Origin: a virus
Lineage: Duplodnaviria > Caudoviricetes
Virus record (IMG/VR): IMGVR_UViG_3300050014_000090
Span: 1-55,481 of that record
Strand: one strand, 5' to 3'
Length of the DNA stretch: 55,481 nucleotides
Below the pieces are notes generated by a model. It had not been told where the DNA came from, did no database searches, and saw only the letters and a program-made list of their open reading frames with translations. Positions 35,529-45,967 of this stretch are shown here, one piece after another. The translations under genes and the position numbers were made by a program. The number at the start of each line of letters is the position of its first letter. Position 1 is the first letter of the stretch.

Positions 35529-37025
35529 TCACCTCGCGTTGAGCATAAGTTGTCGGATTAAGTCGCCCTGCGCCCCGAGTTTTTGCATGACGCGGGTTTG
35601 CTGCTTCTTGCTGAATGCCAATGCTGCCGATCCGCCCGCGCTACCACTCCCGGCCGGGACGGAATAATTGATATTCGTCACGACCTGATCGATCGGTTCG
35701 TCCCCGATCATGCATCGCACCTTGTCGCCGACGTAGAAGTCTCGCGGGAATCTGATCTGATCGGTCTCCTGTATGGTGAGTGTGAGCTGTGCATTATACG
35801 CATCCGACAGGAGTGCGAGTTGATTCGTTCCGGCCATATTCGAGTTGATCTCTGCGGCCGTGTCGCTTGCCTGTCCCGTCGTGGCGCTCTCCCATCCTTC
35901 AAACCGACCGTATTGCGCGATCGAAGTCGTGTCGGCCGATGGGAGCATAATCTTCTCAACGCCCGGATTCGGCCCGACGCCGATCACCATGTTTGCGACC
36001 GGAAGTCCGAAAGTGAATTCATATTCTTTAAGTGTGCCGGAATCGACCGAGAATACCAAATCGCCGTCGGTGAGATCGTTCCCGGTGTAAACCTCAAATT
36101 CGAGATCTGTGCCGTTCTGTGTAACGTAGAAATAAACGCCGCCCGCGATCGCCGTGGCCTGTATCTGCGAGAGTAGGTTCTCTCCCCGCGAATTGACGAC
36201 CACATTGCCGCCGCGCCCGTAATTTGTCTTGATGGCAAGGTGCGGAATCGCTCGAGGCCCGTACATATCAACGCACGCGCCCGCCCCGGCGTTGTAATAA
36301 ACAAGTTCCTTCATGACGGTCTCCGCGTTGCCGGATCGAGTATCAAAGCCGAGATATGTCGGATTGTCGACGATTGCACCTTTCGTGTTGGTTTGCGTGA
36401 CTACTGTCCCGGCCGGATGCGCCCGGCCGAAGTTCGTGGCCGCTATTAATGTGTTCTGTGGATAGTCAATCGCGGCGATCACGGCCGTCGTGCCGGTGAC
36501 TGTGCCTGCGGTTGCGATAGTCATTGTCGCTCCGGGCAAGAAGGCGCTCGCGTCAGCGACGATAACGTTTGGCTGTCCGACGACGACGGTCGTGGCAATC
36601 GTTGTCGTCATCCCTTCCGCGACTATCTTGTCAGTGAACCGATAGCATCCGTCGGCATCGATGGTCAGCCCCTCAACGCGGGGATAACAGATTCTCGCGG
36701 CGAGATATGCGTTGTCGCACCCGCCGAATATCGAGGTCGTCCGTAGGCCCGCGATATAGTGCGTCTTTGTGAGCATCACCGGCCCGGTCATTATCTGCAC
36801 ATTTTCACGCAGGAACATTATGCCGTCGCCGAGCGAGAACGTGTGACCGCCTGAGTTGAGGTTCATAAAGTCCTCCGTGTGCATGTCGATTTGCCAGCTC
36901 GAGACGTCGTTGAGTGTGAGCGTGCAGTTGAAGTCAACAAGGTCGCGGATCTCGCCGTTGTCCTCGAGGTTTGTATCCCTCATTATCACCTCGCATTCCG
37001 CATCGACGAGTTCAGAGATCCCCAT
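35529..37025 (-). CDS. Baseplate hub/minor tail protein (ReqiPepy6 Gp37-like)
   Basis: LNDVSSW, GPV, G.AETVM..LV..NAG, GR.E, F..DF.VGD.V; follows Dit. Confidence 0.8.
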   Translation of the reverse strand: MGISELVDAECEVIMRDTNLEDNGEIRDLVDFNCTLTLNDVSSWQIDMHTEDFMNLNSGGHTFSLGDGIMFLRENVQIMTGPVMLTKTHYIAGLRTTSIFGGCDNAYLAARICYPRVEGLTIDADGCYRFTDKIVAEGMTTTIATTVVVGQPNVIVADASAFLPGATMTIATAGTVTGTTAVIAAIDYPQNTLIAATNFGRAHPAGTVVTQTNTKGAIVDNPTYLGFDTRSGNAETVMKELVYYNAGAGACVDMYGPRAIPHLAIKTNYGRGGNVVVNSRGENLLSQIQATAIAGGVYFYVTQNGTDLEFEVYTGNDLTDGDLVFSVDSGTLKEYEFTFGLPVANMVIGVGPNPGVEKIMLPSADTTSIAQYGRFEGWESATTGQASDTAAEINSNMAGTNQLALLSDAYNAQLTLTIQETDQIRFPRDFYVGDKVRCMIGDEPIDQVVTNINYSVPAGSGSAGGSAALAFSKKQQTRVMQKLGAQGDLIRQLMLNAR

Positions 37026-37963
37026 TATACGCCCTCAAATCGCTGCAAGAATGAGAAGGTGACAAGTGCTTCGCCGCTGCTCCCTTCCATCTCATGAGAG
37101 AGTTCATTCGGCCCCGGGACAAGCGCCCAAAACTTCCGCTGCGTTGCATCCATATACTTTCGCAGGTTGGTCGTCGTGCCATCGGGCATGACTGACGTGA
37201 CCGTGTGCGACGTCGCGCCGCTGTCGCGCATGTCGATCGTGACCACTTCATCAGTGACAAGCGTATAATTCAAGAGGAACGAATCTCCGGTCGTGAGGTT
37301 CACAAGCCTCGGGGCAACGCCCGGGCCTGCGATTGTCCAAACCGGATATGCGTCGGCATCGCCATCGTTGAAGACGACCCAATCCCTCGCAACCGACGAC
37401 GATCCGAGCCGCCACGGATTGCAGAACCACGGATTCGCATCAAAGAATAGGTCGGTCGGAGCCTCGTATGCGGTCACATGCACGATCGCGTTCCCGGCGA
37501 TGTCGTAAAAGTAAGGATCATACGCCGTCAGCTTTAACGGAATATTCATCGATTGGAAGCTGCGGTTTGCATCATCAGGAGCGACCTCGAAGCCGCCTGC
37601 ATACTTGCAGAAGCAGCTCCGTGTCTCACCGAGTTCGTTGGTGATCTGCAATTCGATGATACTCTGTGCATAGGTGAGTGATCGTCGGAGAACCTGCTTG
37701 TTAAGTTCCCGCTCGGCCGCCGTGTATCCTTGAATCCGTATCGGCATGTAGAGTTCCCGCTTCCCGAGCAGTTCCTCGCGGAGTTCCTCGCCCGCGATGT
37801 TTGGGATCACGTCGGACGTGTATGTCCGAGGCATTCCGTGATGCCCGTACCCACCTTTTAATAGATGGTATCTCGCGTCGTATGACCAATCGCCCGGCGT
37901 GTTGAGCGTGTTGAACATATACTCCTGTTCATCCCATGCCGTCTTGAGTGTCCATCGCTCCAT
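37025..37963 (-). CDS. Distal tail protein (Dit)
   Basis: L.AYDPYFY, N.GD..AYP.W.I.GP, L.PG.N; follows tape measure. Confidence 0.85.
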   Translation of the reverse strand: MERWTLKTAWDEQEYMFNTLNTPGDWSYDARYHLLKGGYGHHGMPRTYTSDVIPNIAGEELREELLGKRELYMPIRIQGYTAAERELNKQVLRRSLTYAQSIIELQITNELGETRSCFCKYAGGFEVAPDDANRSFQSMNIPLKLTAYDPYFYDIAGNAIVHVTAYEAPTDLFFDANPWFCNPWRLGSSSVARDWVVFNDGDADAYPVWTIAGPGVAPRLVNLTTGDSFLLNYTLVTDEVVTIDMRDSGATSHTVTSVMPDGTTTNLRKYMDATQRKFWALVPGPNELSHEMEGSSGEALVTFSFLQRFEGV

Positions 37964-37972
37964 TTGAGTCTC

Positions 37973-40900
37973 CTATTGTAAAAGGTGGTGGTAGTCCTCG
38001 AGGTCTTGGAAAGCTTTAAAGACCTTGCGCGTGATGTTCTCCGAATCAACAATAACCTGTGTGTGATAATGTGTCTCGTTCGTCGTGCCGCTCTTTGCCA
38101 TCGGAACCGCCGCAGTGGTCGGCTGTCGCATCGACGTCGGGACGCCAAACATTGCCAAGATCGACGGGTCGATGCCGCCGAAGTATTTTCTCGGCAAGAC
38201 TATTTCGTCGCCCGCCTCGCCGACATTTACGGTATAGCCGCCAGTCTTTCCCGGGAAGTAACCGCCTTCGGCGAAATCAAAACCATTAGGCAATATGACA
38301 GGAATAGCGGGAACATGCCCATGAAGTTGTATTCCGCTGAACGCGCTTCCTATCGCACCTGCAATATTACCAACCGCACTTTGAGCAGAGCTGACCAATG
38401 CGCCCGCCAGTGAGTTCGCACCTGTGGCGACTGCGTTGCCGATTGCACTCGCCATTCCTCCCAATGCGCCGCCCCAATTAAACCCTGATATGTCGGAGCC
38501 AAGTGTGCTCATGAACTGACCCGGAACGCCCTGTATCCACCCCCATATCGAGGAGCCAATACTACTCAGTCCGTTAATAAACTGACCCGGGATTCCTTGC
38601 AGCCATCCCCAAATCCGACTTCCGATGCTGCTCAATCCATTGATGAATTGTCCGGGAACGCCTTGCAGCCATCCCCATATCTGTGACCCAATCGTGGAGA
38701 GCCCCCCGATGAACTGACCGGGAACGCCTGAGAGCCAGCCCCATATCTGTGACCCAATCGTGGAGAGGCCACTGATAAACTGACCGGGAAGTCCTTGAAT
38801 GTGCGACCAAATGAACGTCCCAATCGATACGAGGCCATTGATAAACTGCATCGGAAGCGGCGAGAGCTTTGTCCAAATGAAGTTTCCAATATTTGCGAAC
38901 CCTTGGATCTCCCGCTCGGGCAATCCTGAGATCCAGCCCCAAATCTTGTTTCCTATATCCTTTAGGCCGTCGATGAACTTGCCCGGGACTGAGGTGAGCC
39001 ACCCCCAAACCTTCGTTCCAATGTCCTTCATCCCGTCGACGATATTGCCGCCGAGCGTTGTTAATACGGCTCCTAATTTGGAGAATGCACTCCCCCAATC
39101 GATCGCCTTAAACGCATTGATGATCGCCTGACCAAACGCCTTTAATGTGACAAATATCGTCGTGAATATTTGGAGCCAGTTGACGGCCTTGAGTGCGTTT
39201 AACAATGCCGTTCCGAGGGCGACAGCGGAGCCTCCAATCGCTTTAAGCATCCCACCGATCACACTTCCCCAATCTATTTTTCCGAGAGCACTCATTAAAG
39301 CGCCGCCGATCTTGCCGAATACTGCGCCCCAATCGACCTTTTCAAGAGCATTAAATAACGCTATGGCGATCTTGGCAAAGATAGTCGGGACAAGCTCGAG
39401 CAGTTTGATAAACACATCGCCAAGTTTGCCAAGAATATCAGGCCCGGCTTTTGCCATTCCTGTCGAGAGGCCGCCCGACAGTCCTGCCGCTGCTTTGGTT
39501 CCGGCGGTTCCACCTGTGCCTCCACCTCCGCCACCCCCAAATAATGAATCGAATGCCGCGCCGACAGCATTTATCAAGTTGTTGATCATTGCCGTCGGGT
39601 CGAAGTTGAGCAGCCCAGTCAGGACGTTGTCGACTGCCGTGAGCAAGCCGTTCACCATGCCGCCCCAATCGATATTTTTAATCGACGTGAACGCACCCAT
39701 AATCATGCCGCCGATCTTGTCCGCGATTCCGCCGATCGTTGTGACTGACTCCCCAATGGCCGTGATCATCATTCCCGGGAAGCCCATTATATCGTTCTTT
39801 ATAGTATCAAAGCCGCCTTTAAACCCACTGATAAGGTCGCCGCCAAGTTTACCGAAGTTAAGACTCGTCAAATCGCCGACGAGTTCTCCGACCCATCCGA
39901 GAAGCGATTGGAATTGACCAACAAGAGCGCCGACCGCAGTCCTAAACGTTTGCGAGGTCGCATAGAGGACTCCAAAGAATGCGGCGATCGCTGCCACGAT
40001 TGCCACGACCGGCAATAATGCCGGGCCTATCAATGCTACCGCTGCCGCCATTAATCCGCCACTCTCCGCGCCCGCGCCCGCGCCTGCGGCAACGCCTTCC
40101 GCTGCCGTGCCTGCCTCGCCAAGACCTGCGCCTATTCCCGGGATTATCCCGGCGATTGACGATAAAGGCCCGGGCAAGTTGTCAAAGATGCCGCCCAAGA
40201 TCCCGGCATGTGACCCGACGTCCTCGACCGCCGTGCCTGTGTCCTCGACTACCGGCGTGATGTCTCCGGCCGCGCCCTTGACGTCGTTGAGCGCGCCTTC
40301 CTCGGACTTTGTCTTCTGTAAAAGATTGTCAAAACAACTTGAATCAGGACAAGAGACCGCGCCCATCGATGGGACTTTTGCCTTTGTCGTCGTTTGTCCC
40401 GGGATTGTGAGGCCTGTCAACTTCTGAACCAACGGCCCGACCATATTCGCCATGTCGCCAAGCGTCTTTTTCATCGTGTCGAACGCGGTCAGGACTTTGC
40501 TCGAGATCATCAACAGCGGCCCGATCGTCGCGACTACCAATCCGACTACTAAGAGGACGTCCTTTAACGGCCCCGGCAAGTCGCCAAACTTCGCGGCGAG
40601 GTTGCCGACCATTGTGAGGATAGGCATAAAGAGAGTGAGCAGTTGCGTCGCCATCCCGATAAGCGCCTCGCCGATCGGAGCGAATGCGAGGATTGCCTTT
40701 TGCTTTAATAACTCGAATTTCTCGCTCAAGGTTTGCATAGCCTCGGCCGACTTCTGTGTCGCGCCTTGGCTATCCGTGATCGCCTTCGTAAGTTGATCGT
40801 TGCTCAGTTTACCGGCCACGCCTGCGGCGGTGAACATATCGGCGTTCTTGCCGAGGAGTGTTGTCTCGGCAGCGGTGTATTTTCCACCCTCTTGAGCATC

Positions 40901-41692
40901 CTTGACCATGTGCTGCCAAAATGCTGATGAACTCTCGCCCGCCTTGGCCGCCGCCGGGCCTATCGCGGTGAGGATTGGCGTGATTTGTTTTGCCTTTAGT
41001 CCCGCCTGAGTCATCCCGTCTAGTAGTGCGATCTGCGCCGGAACGCTCAGTCCCATTTTAGACATTGCCGCCGTGCCTTTGTCAAACGCCGGGGCGATTT
41101 GGTCAATGGAGACGCCGGTCTTTTGGAACCCGACGGTCATCATGTCCGTCAGTTGTGGGATTGTGAGGAGAGGCGCGTGGATCGCGGTGAGGCCCATGTT
41201 CGCGCCCGTTAATGCCTTTGTGAACGTATCAGTGTCGGCGGCGGCATCCGTCCCCGTTACCTTGGCATAGTTGACCATCGAGGTCGCAGCCTCAGTCATT
41301 GCCGTGCCTTGGAGATGCAGTGAGTTGTTGAGTTTGTCGATCACTGAGGTTAATGTATCAGCGGCGACGGGGACATTTGAATAAACAGTTTTCCAGCTAT
41401 TTTGTAGCGCCGTGAGTTGTGACCCTTGGAGGCCTGTCGACTTCGCCATCGTGGAGAATGCTGAATCGACGGTCATTGCGGCCTTGACCGAGAATGCGCC
41501 GATAGCAATGAGAGGCGCAGTGACTCCGGCGGTCATTGCGGTTCCTGCGGAGCTGAGTGTCGCGGAGTGACTTTTGACGTTGCTCTCGAATCCGCTGACG
41601 TCACTCTCGGCTTGTTTAAAGCCGTTGCTCAGGCCGGTCAGATCTGCGCCGAATTTTACGATTATGTCGCTAGTAGCGCCTCCGAGAACCAT
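37973..41692 (-). CDS. Tape measure protein
   Basis: 1239 aa, Ala/Gly-rich, VKFGAD start, periodic Trp/Phe repeats. Confidence 0.93.
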   Translation of the reverse strand: MVLGGATSDIIVKFGADLTGLSNGFKQAESDVSGFESNVKSHSATLSSAGTAMTAGVTAPLIAIGAFSVKAAMTVDSAFSTMAKSTGLQGSQLTALQNSWKTVYSNVPVAADTLTSVIDKLNNSLHLQGTAMTEAATSMVNYAKVTGTDAAADTDTFTKALTGANMGLTAIHAPLLTIPQLTDMMTVGFQKTGVSIDQIAPAFDKGTAAMSKMGLSVPAQIALLDGMTQAGLKAKQITPILTAIGPAAAKAGESSSAFWQHMVKDAQEGGKYTAAETTLLGKNADMFTAAGVAGKLSNDQLTKAITDSQGATQKSAEAMQTLSEKFELLKQKAILAFAPIGEALIGMATQLLTLFMPILTMVGNLAAKFGDLPGPLKDVLLVVGLVVATIGPLLMISSKVLTAFDTMKKTLGDMANMVGPLVQKLTGLTIPGQTTTKAKVPSMGAVSCPDSSCFDNLLQKTKSEEGALNDVKGAAGDITPVVEDTGTAVEDVGSHAGILGGIFDNLPGPLSSIAGIIPGIGAGLGEAGTAAEGVAAGAGAGAESGGLMAAAVALIGPALLPVVAIVAAIAAFFGVLYATSQTFRTAVGALVGQFQSLLGWVGELVGDLTSLNFGKLGGDLISGFKGGFDTIKNDIMGFPGMMITAIGESVTTIGGIADKIGGMIMGAFTSIKNIDWGGMVNGLLTAVDNVLTGLLNFDPTAMINNLINAVGAAFDSLFGGGGGGGTGGTAGTKAAAGLSGGLSTGMAKAGPDILGKLGDVFIKLLELVPTIFAKIAIALFNALEKVDWGAVFGKIGGALMSALGKIDWGSVIGGMLKAIGGSAVALGTALLNALKAVNWLQIFTTIFVTLKAFGQAIINAFKAIDWGSAFSKLGAVLTTLGGNIVDGMKDIGTKVWGWLTSVPGKFIDGLKDIGNKIWGWISGLPEREIQGFANIGNFIWTKLSPLPMQFINGLVSIGTFIWSHIQGLPGQFISGLSTIGSQIWGWLSGVPGQFIGGLSTIGSQIWGWLQGVPGQFINGLSSIGSRIWGWLQGIPGQFINGLSSIGSSIWGWIQGVPGQFMSTLGSDISGFNWGGALGGMASAIGNAVATGANSLAGALVSSAQSAVGNIAGAIGSAFSGIQLHGHVPAIPVILPNGFDFAEGGYFPGKTGGYTVNVGEAGDEIVLPRKYFGGIDPSILAMFGVPTSMRQPTTAAVPMAKSGTTNETHYHTQVIVDSENITRKVFKAFQDLEDYHHLLQ
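38470..39020 (-). repeat. 22-aa (66-bp) tandem repeats in tape measure
   Basis: IGSQIWGWLQGVPGQFINGLSS-type units, about eight copies; coordinates approximate. Confidence 0.85.
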
Positions 41693-42279
41693 TTATGCCT
41701 TCTCCTTCTTGCGATCGTCTTCGATCTCCCATGGTGGTTTTCCTTCCGGCCCCCAAACCGACGGGTCGGCCTTGTAAATCACGACTCCGTCACCAACCAC
41801 CATTCCGCCCTCTTTGTCGAGGTTAAATCCGCAACAGTCCCGAGCAACGAGTTCAGCATTTCTCCACTCGTCGGAATCGTGCGGGACTGTGTCGGGATTA
41901 TGCCCCCATTGCTCGAGGAGTGATCGTGTTGTTTGAAGTAGTAACTCCTCGGGGTCGATGTCGATTGATACTGGCTGCGGAACATACGCTTCCCGGCGCT
42001 GTGCATAGTATTCAGCGCCTCCGTGTCCTTCGACATAGTCGTTATACCATGGAAGTAAGTCCTCTATTGTGACTAATTCCTGCTCTTTGTCCCATCGATT
42101 GACATTGTGCAGTGTAGAGATGATTTGGGCGCGTTTGATAGCATCGAGTTTCTCCCGCTCCTGCCATCCTCGGAACAATTGCTTAAACTGGAAGTGCGTC
42201 AGCGCGAACAGCTCATCATACGAGAGATGCAGCACGCCGAGGCCGACCAGTAAGATCTCGTCCCAATTAAACAGGTTCA
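41693..42279 (-). CDS. Tail assembly chaperone GT extension (-1 frameshift frame)
   Basis: Frame open from the slippery site: LNLFNWDEILLVGLGVLHLSYDELFALT. Confidence 0.8.
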
Positions 42280-42744
42280 GTTTTTTTCGTCGCCTGCCTC
42301 CTCACCTTCACCGACTCCGACTTGCTCCCCGGCTTCCGTTGCTCCCGCAATGAACTCGTCATTCTCTGACGACGGCGTGCCGGTTATCGTGCCTTCAAAC
42401 GCGAGGCCGATCGCTTCGCCGATCTTCTCGATCACATAACCAAAGTCCTCAACTCCGAGGATCTTCCCCGCGAGGTCTTTGGTCATTCCCGGGAACTGTT
42501 GCTTCAAGGCTGCGGCCAAGAGGACACGCATGTCGTGGAAGCTGATATTCTCAGGATGTTCGCTCCCGCTCTTGTTGAGAACTTGGAGCAGCGATTCGCT
42601 TCCACGGAACTCGAGTTCCGCATCAGCCATCGCATTATAATCGAGTTTTAGGTGAACCGACCGATGATCTTTTGGCCGGATATATTTCTTTGCTATCGAT
42701 TTTTTAAAGTCGACTTCGACTTCGCCCTTATGTGGATTCGCCAT
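42277..42744 (-). CDS. Tail assembly chaperone G
   Basis: ANPHKGEV, LKLDYNAMA..E; position before tape measure. Confidence 0.8.
   Translation of the reverse strand: MANPHKGEVEVDFKKSIAKKYIRPKDHRSVHLKLDYNAMADAELEFRGSESLLQVLNKSGSEHPENISFHDMRVLLAAALKQQFPGMTKDLAGKILGVEDFGYVIEKIGEAIGLAFEGTITGTPSSENDEFIAGATEAGEQVGVGEGEEAGDEKN
42280..42286 (-). promoter_or_regulatory. Programmed -1 frameshift heptamer A AAA AAC
   Basis: GAA AAA AAC TGA at end of chaperone G. Confidence 0.85.
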
Positions 42745-42764
42745 TGATATACGGTTTAACTCCT

Positions 42765-43214
42765 TTATTGCCCGGTCGTTGGTTTAGAGACGACCATAAT
42801 ACTCAGGCCTGCACTCCCCGATATGGAGAACGTGACCTTGCATCGATTCGGAAGATTCGCTCCGCTCGGATCGATCGTTTGATTGAACCGACTTGGCGCA
42901 AAGCCGCCGAGGATCTTGACCTTTGCCGTCACGTTACCGGCGGCAATCGTCGCGGGGACGTTGTGCTCGGCGGTATAGCCTTGATCGCACGCGGAAGCTT
43001 CGAGAACGGTGATCGTCCCAATGTTCGCCGACGTGTTGAGGACGTGTAGCACTTGCGTCCCGTCATTGAGGAAGACGATTCCGTTTGTATAGTCGGCCGC
43101 TTGCAGAGCATACCATTGAGCGTTTGCTCCGGTCGTCGCCTGTGCGGGCGGCGTGGTGTTCGTCGAGTCGGTGATGGTCGCCACGTATGGCGTTACATCA
43201 ATTGGATTTACCAT
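42765..43214 (-). CDS. Putative tail decoration protein, paralog of 43236..43604
   Basis: F.N.G...LHV.N...T...C..G..H...AG.....G.F pattern. Confidence 0.6.
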   Translation of the reverse strand: MVNPIDVTPYVATITDSTNTTPPAQATTGANAQWYALQAADYTNGIVFLNDGTQVLHVLNTSANIGTITVLEASACDQGYTAEHNVPATIAAGNVTAKVKILGGFAPSRFNQTIDPSGANLPNRCKVTFSISGSAGLSIMVVSKPTTGQ

Positions 43215-43235
43215 GTTTGTTCACTCCTTTACGAC

Positions 43236-43604
43236 TTAACCGACGATCGGAGATTGCAGGACGACGATCGTGACCTTGCCGCTCGAGATCGTTGTCCCAT
43301 CGTAGGCAACGGCGATCGTGTTCCCAAACTTTGAGGTCGGAAACGGCCCGTATGGGACGGCTTTGCCTGCGAGAGTCGTCTCGGTCTTGTCGTGTTCGAT
43401 GCCGAGACTGCATTTGTTCTCGGTGAACGTGACCGTGTGCGAGCTTGAGTCAGCGTTGATATGCACGAATATCTCCTTGCCCGTATTCGGGAACGTGTCG
43501 AGCGCCAAGTCCGTCGGAGCCGCTGCGATCCCTGCCAAGTTGTTAAGATCTATGCCGCCGCCTGTTAAAGAAAAGGCGACCGGCACGTATGCTGATCCTG
43601 CCAT
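43236..43604 (-). CDS. Putative tail decoration protein
   Basis: Same pattern; directly follows tail tube gene. Confidence 0.6.
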   Translation of the reverse strand: MAGSAYVPVAFSLTGGGIDLNNLAGIAAAPTDLALDTFPNTGKEIFVHINADSSSHTVTFTENKCSLGIEHDKTETTLAGKAVPYGPFPTSKFGNTIAVAYDGTTISSGKVTIVVLQSPIVG

Positions 43605-43620
43605 TGTTCAACGCCTCCGT

Positions 43621-44064
43621 TTAAGCGTATTGCAGCACGCCGCAGCCGGTGACGGTCAGCGTCAGTTTGGTCACGGCCCTGTTGGTCGCGTCGCTGTCCC
43701 ATCCCATCACAGCGTATCCAAAGTAGCCGGTCGTTGCGCCGTTAGGCTTCCACGCGACGCGCCTCATCTCGAGACCCATTGGCATGTTCCGGGCGAGCAT
43801 TTGGCCGGGATCGGTAAGGTTCCACTGACAATCAAGGGTCAATGACCAATCGTAACCGACGGCAATCGCCAATCCTGCGGCGCTGTCTTTGTTCGTGGCG
43901 TCCGCAGTAACAGTTTTAACACTCATCTTTGAGGTCGTTTCACCGCCAATCCCGACCCACGTCGGAGCGCCTTGTGTAACTCCGGCAAGGGCGGTCGAGT
44001 CGACGTAAAACCTCGTCACCATTCCGTTCTCAAAAGAGGGCGGATAGCAGCTAATGTTTACCAT
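43621..44064 (-). CDS. Major tail (tube) protein, TP901-1-like
   Basis: IGG.T...S.....DATNKDS...W.L..D...G.G.L. Confidence 0.8.
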   Translation of the reverse strand: MVNISCYPPSFENGMVTRFYVDSTALAGVTQGAPTWVGIGGETTSKMSVKTVTADATNKDSAAGLAIAVGYDWSLTLDCQWNLTDPGQMLARNMPMGLEMRRVAWKPNGATTGYFGYAVMGWDSDATNRAVTKLTLTVTGCGVLQYA

Positions 44065-44077
44065 CTCATATCACTCC

Positions 44078-44563
44078 TTATTTTAATTCGGCTTTCATTT
44101 GCACGGTGAGCACGGACTTCCGCACTCCGACCAGCCTCGAGTCGTCCTCTCGCGTCACGATTGACCGGATTGCGTAACTCCGCAACCTGAGAGGTTCGTT
44201 CATCAATGCTCGTCTCACCGAGTCCTTAAAGAGGATCAGCCGCGTCTCCGTGTCATAGCCTTTCGCAATGACACAGGTCACTCGCACCTTTAAGATTCCT
44301 CCATTTGGCGGGATCATCGCCGTGCAATCGTCAACAAAGTCTTGTTTAATCTCAACGGTCGGAAGGGCATCGGTGTTGACCCTGAGTCCCTCCGCCTTGA
44401 GCCGCTTCCTCACTACATCGGAGAGCATCTCCATATCAGTCATTGGAACTGGCTCAGGCTCGGGCTGTTGTTTCCTATTAGGAAACTCCTTTTTAATCTC
44501 GCCTGCCTCGACCGACATCTCTATCTCTTCGGGTTTAACCACAACGTCTTTTTTCTTTGGCAT
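44078..44563 (-). CDS. Hypothetical neck/tail protein
   Basis: GGAGG RBS; between terminator and tube genes. Confidence 0.55.
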   Translation of the reverse strand: MPKKKDVVVKPEEIEMSVEAGEIKKEFPNRKQQPEPEPVPMTDMEMLSDVVRKRLKAEGLRVNTDALPTVEIKQDFVDDCTAMIPPNGGILKVRVTCVIAKGYDTETRLILFKDSVRRALMNEPLRLRSYAIRSIVTREDDSRLVGVRKSVLTVQMKAELK

Positions 44564-44577
44564 ATCGTCCCTCCCGG

Positions 44578-45039
44578 CTAATTATTCTGTTTAATCGTGA
44601 ATACAAGCTCTTGCAGCGATCGCTCGAGTTCCTCTCTGACCCTCTTGGCAAGACCTTCCTCCGCGAGCAGGCTGGTCGATCCGTTCCCAAACGTGAACAA
44701 CTGAATACAGAAGTTGCTTGTATCTGCGAATTGCATCGTGCCATTGATCGCCGCGTCAGAGAGCGCCTCGAATACGACGCCAAGGATTGCGATGTTATCC
44801 ATCGTGCCGCCATATCCGGTGAAGACGTATAACTCGAGCGTATAATCATCCTCGAAAAAGTCTTTGGTCGCTTGATTGTTCCAAGTGCAATCGCCAAGGC
44901 ACACATATGGGAGCGGCATTCCCTTCGGGATCGTCTCGAAGACCGGCACGATTGCGCCCTTGTATGAGATCGCGCCTTGGAGGATGGAACTGATTAATAC
45001 ACGGAGTTCAAACTGCGGACTCTTTTTTGCGAAGGTCAT
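44578..45039 (-). CDS. Tail terminator/completion protein
   Basis: VF..IP....PYV.LG......TK...D..L...VF. Confidence 0.75.
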   Translation of the reverse strand: MTFAKKSPQFELRVLISSILQGAISYKGAIVPVFETIPKGMPLPYVCLGDCTWNNQATKDFFEDDYTLELYVFTGYGGTMDNIAILGVVFEALSDAAINGTMQFADTSNFCIQLFTFGNGSTSLLAEEGLAKRVREELERSLQELVFTIKQNN

Positions 45040-45536
45040 AGTTTTAATACCTCGAGAGAGGCCGTCATTATCCTGACTGCCTCGGCCTTGGCCGGTTCAA
45101 TGATTGGAGTGATAAAGTCATTCGCCTTTGTTCCCTTCTTGCGTATGCTCGCAATGATCGGATAGACCGCTTCCTTCGGGATTCCCTTGCGCTTCGCCCA
45201 CTGCGCGATCGCCGCTTGCCCCTCCTCACTTACCGGATGCGGCTTTGTTCCTTCTCTGACCCATCCGGTATATTTGGCCGTCGAGACAATCGTCGTCGTC
45301 GGGTTCCCCACGGTTCCCGGGACTGCGTGAATCCCGTTGACGAGTCCTGACGTCCCTCCGCGTGGCGCTTTAGCCTTGAGCCGGGACGCGGTCAACATTG
45401 TGAAGGCGTTGAGATCCTTGACGATCCGCGTCTTGAGCGTTGTCTCAGCGGCCCTCCACTTCCCCAATAATTGATCGGCCCCCATAACTGAGGCGCTGAG
45501 AACAGGCGAGCGGGTCGGAGCAGGCGGCGCAGCCAT
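45036..45536 (-). CDS. HK97 gp10-like neck protein
   Basis: AP..T..L...I...Y..WV.EGT.PH...GTKA..F..P. Confidence 0.8.
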   Translation of the reverse strand: MAAPPAPTRSPVLSASVMGADQLLGKWRAAETTLKTRIVKDLNAFTMLTASRLKAKAPRGGTSGLVNGIHAVPGTVGNPTTTIVSTAKYTGWVREGTKPHPVSEEGQAAIAQWAKRKGIPKEAVYPIIASIRKKGTKANDFITPIIEPAKAEAVRIMTASLEVLKL

Positions 45537-45967
45537 TAGAGATACTCCTCCGCTTGTGTCGTGCCTTCGACAATGTTGAGGTTCATATAGTGATAATCTC
45601 CCGCGATGTTTGTGATCATGTGAATCCTGCCAATGTGATAATCCCCTTCATACCACCATCGGACTTGCATATTCTCTTTGATCCTCGTGTCACGGCGAAC
45701 CTTGAAGGCGAAGGTTATCCGCACGCCCTGAGCGAATGCCTGTATCGTGTCCTCGGGGACGGGTTCGCTGATCTGCGCTGAGATCCCTTGTCCATCCGGC
45801 CCGCTGAGGTATGGCTCCCAATCCGGCGGCGTTGCGCGTGCCGCGTCGATCGTTCCCTTCGGCCGGTCGACAAAGATCTTTTGCCATTGCTCATACCATT
45901 CGTTATCGAGGCCGGTGTTTTTCATCAGCCATCCGTATTTCTGTGTGAGCGAAGGTTGTGCGGTCAT
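45536..45967 (-). CDS. Head closure (stopper) protein
   Basis: Position; F.VR....I...M.V.W pattern. Confidence 0.65.
   Translation of the reverse strand: MTAQPSLTQKYGWLMKNTGLDNEWYEQWQKIFVDRPKGTIDAARATPPDWEPYLSGPDGQGISAQISEPVPEDTIQAFAQGVRITFAFKVRRDTRIKENMQVRWWYEGDYHIGRIHMITNIAGDYHYMNLNIVEGTTQAEEYL

Noticed and set aside
38470-39020. CRISPR-like 66-bp periodicity
   Set aside because: In-frame coding repeats of the tape measure protein with no unique spacers
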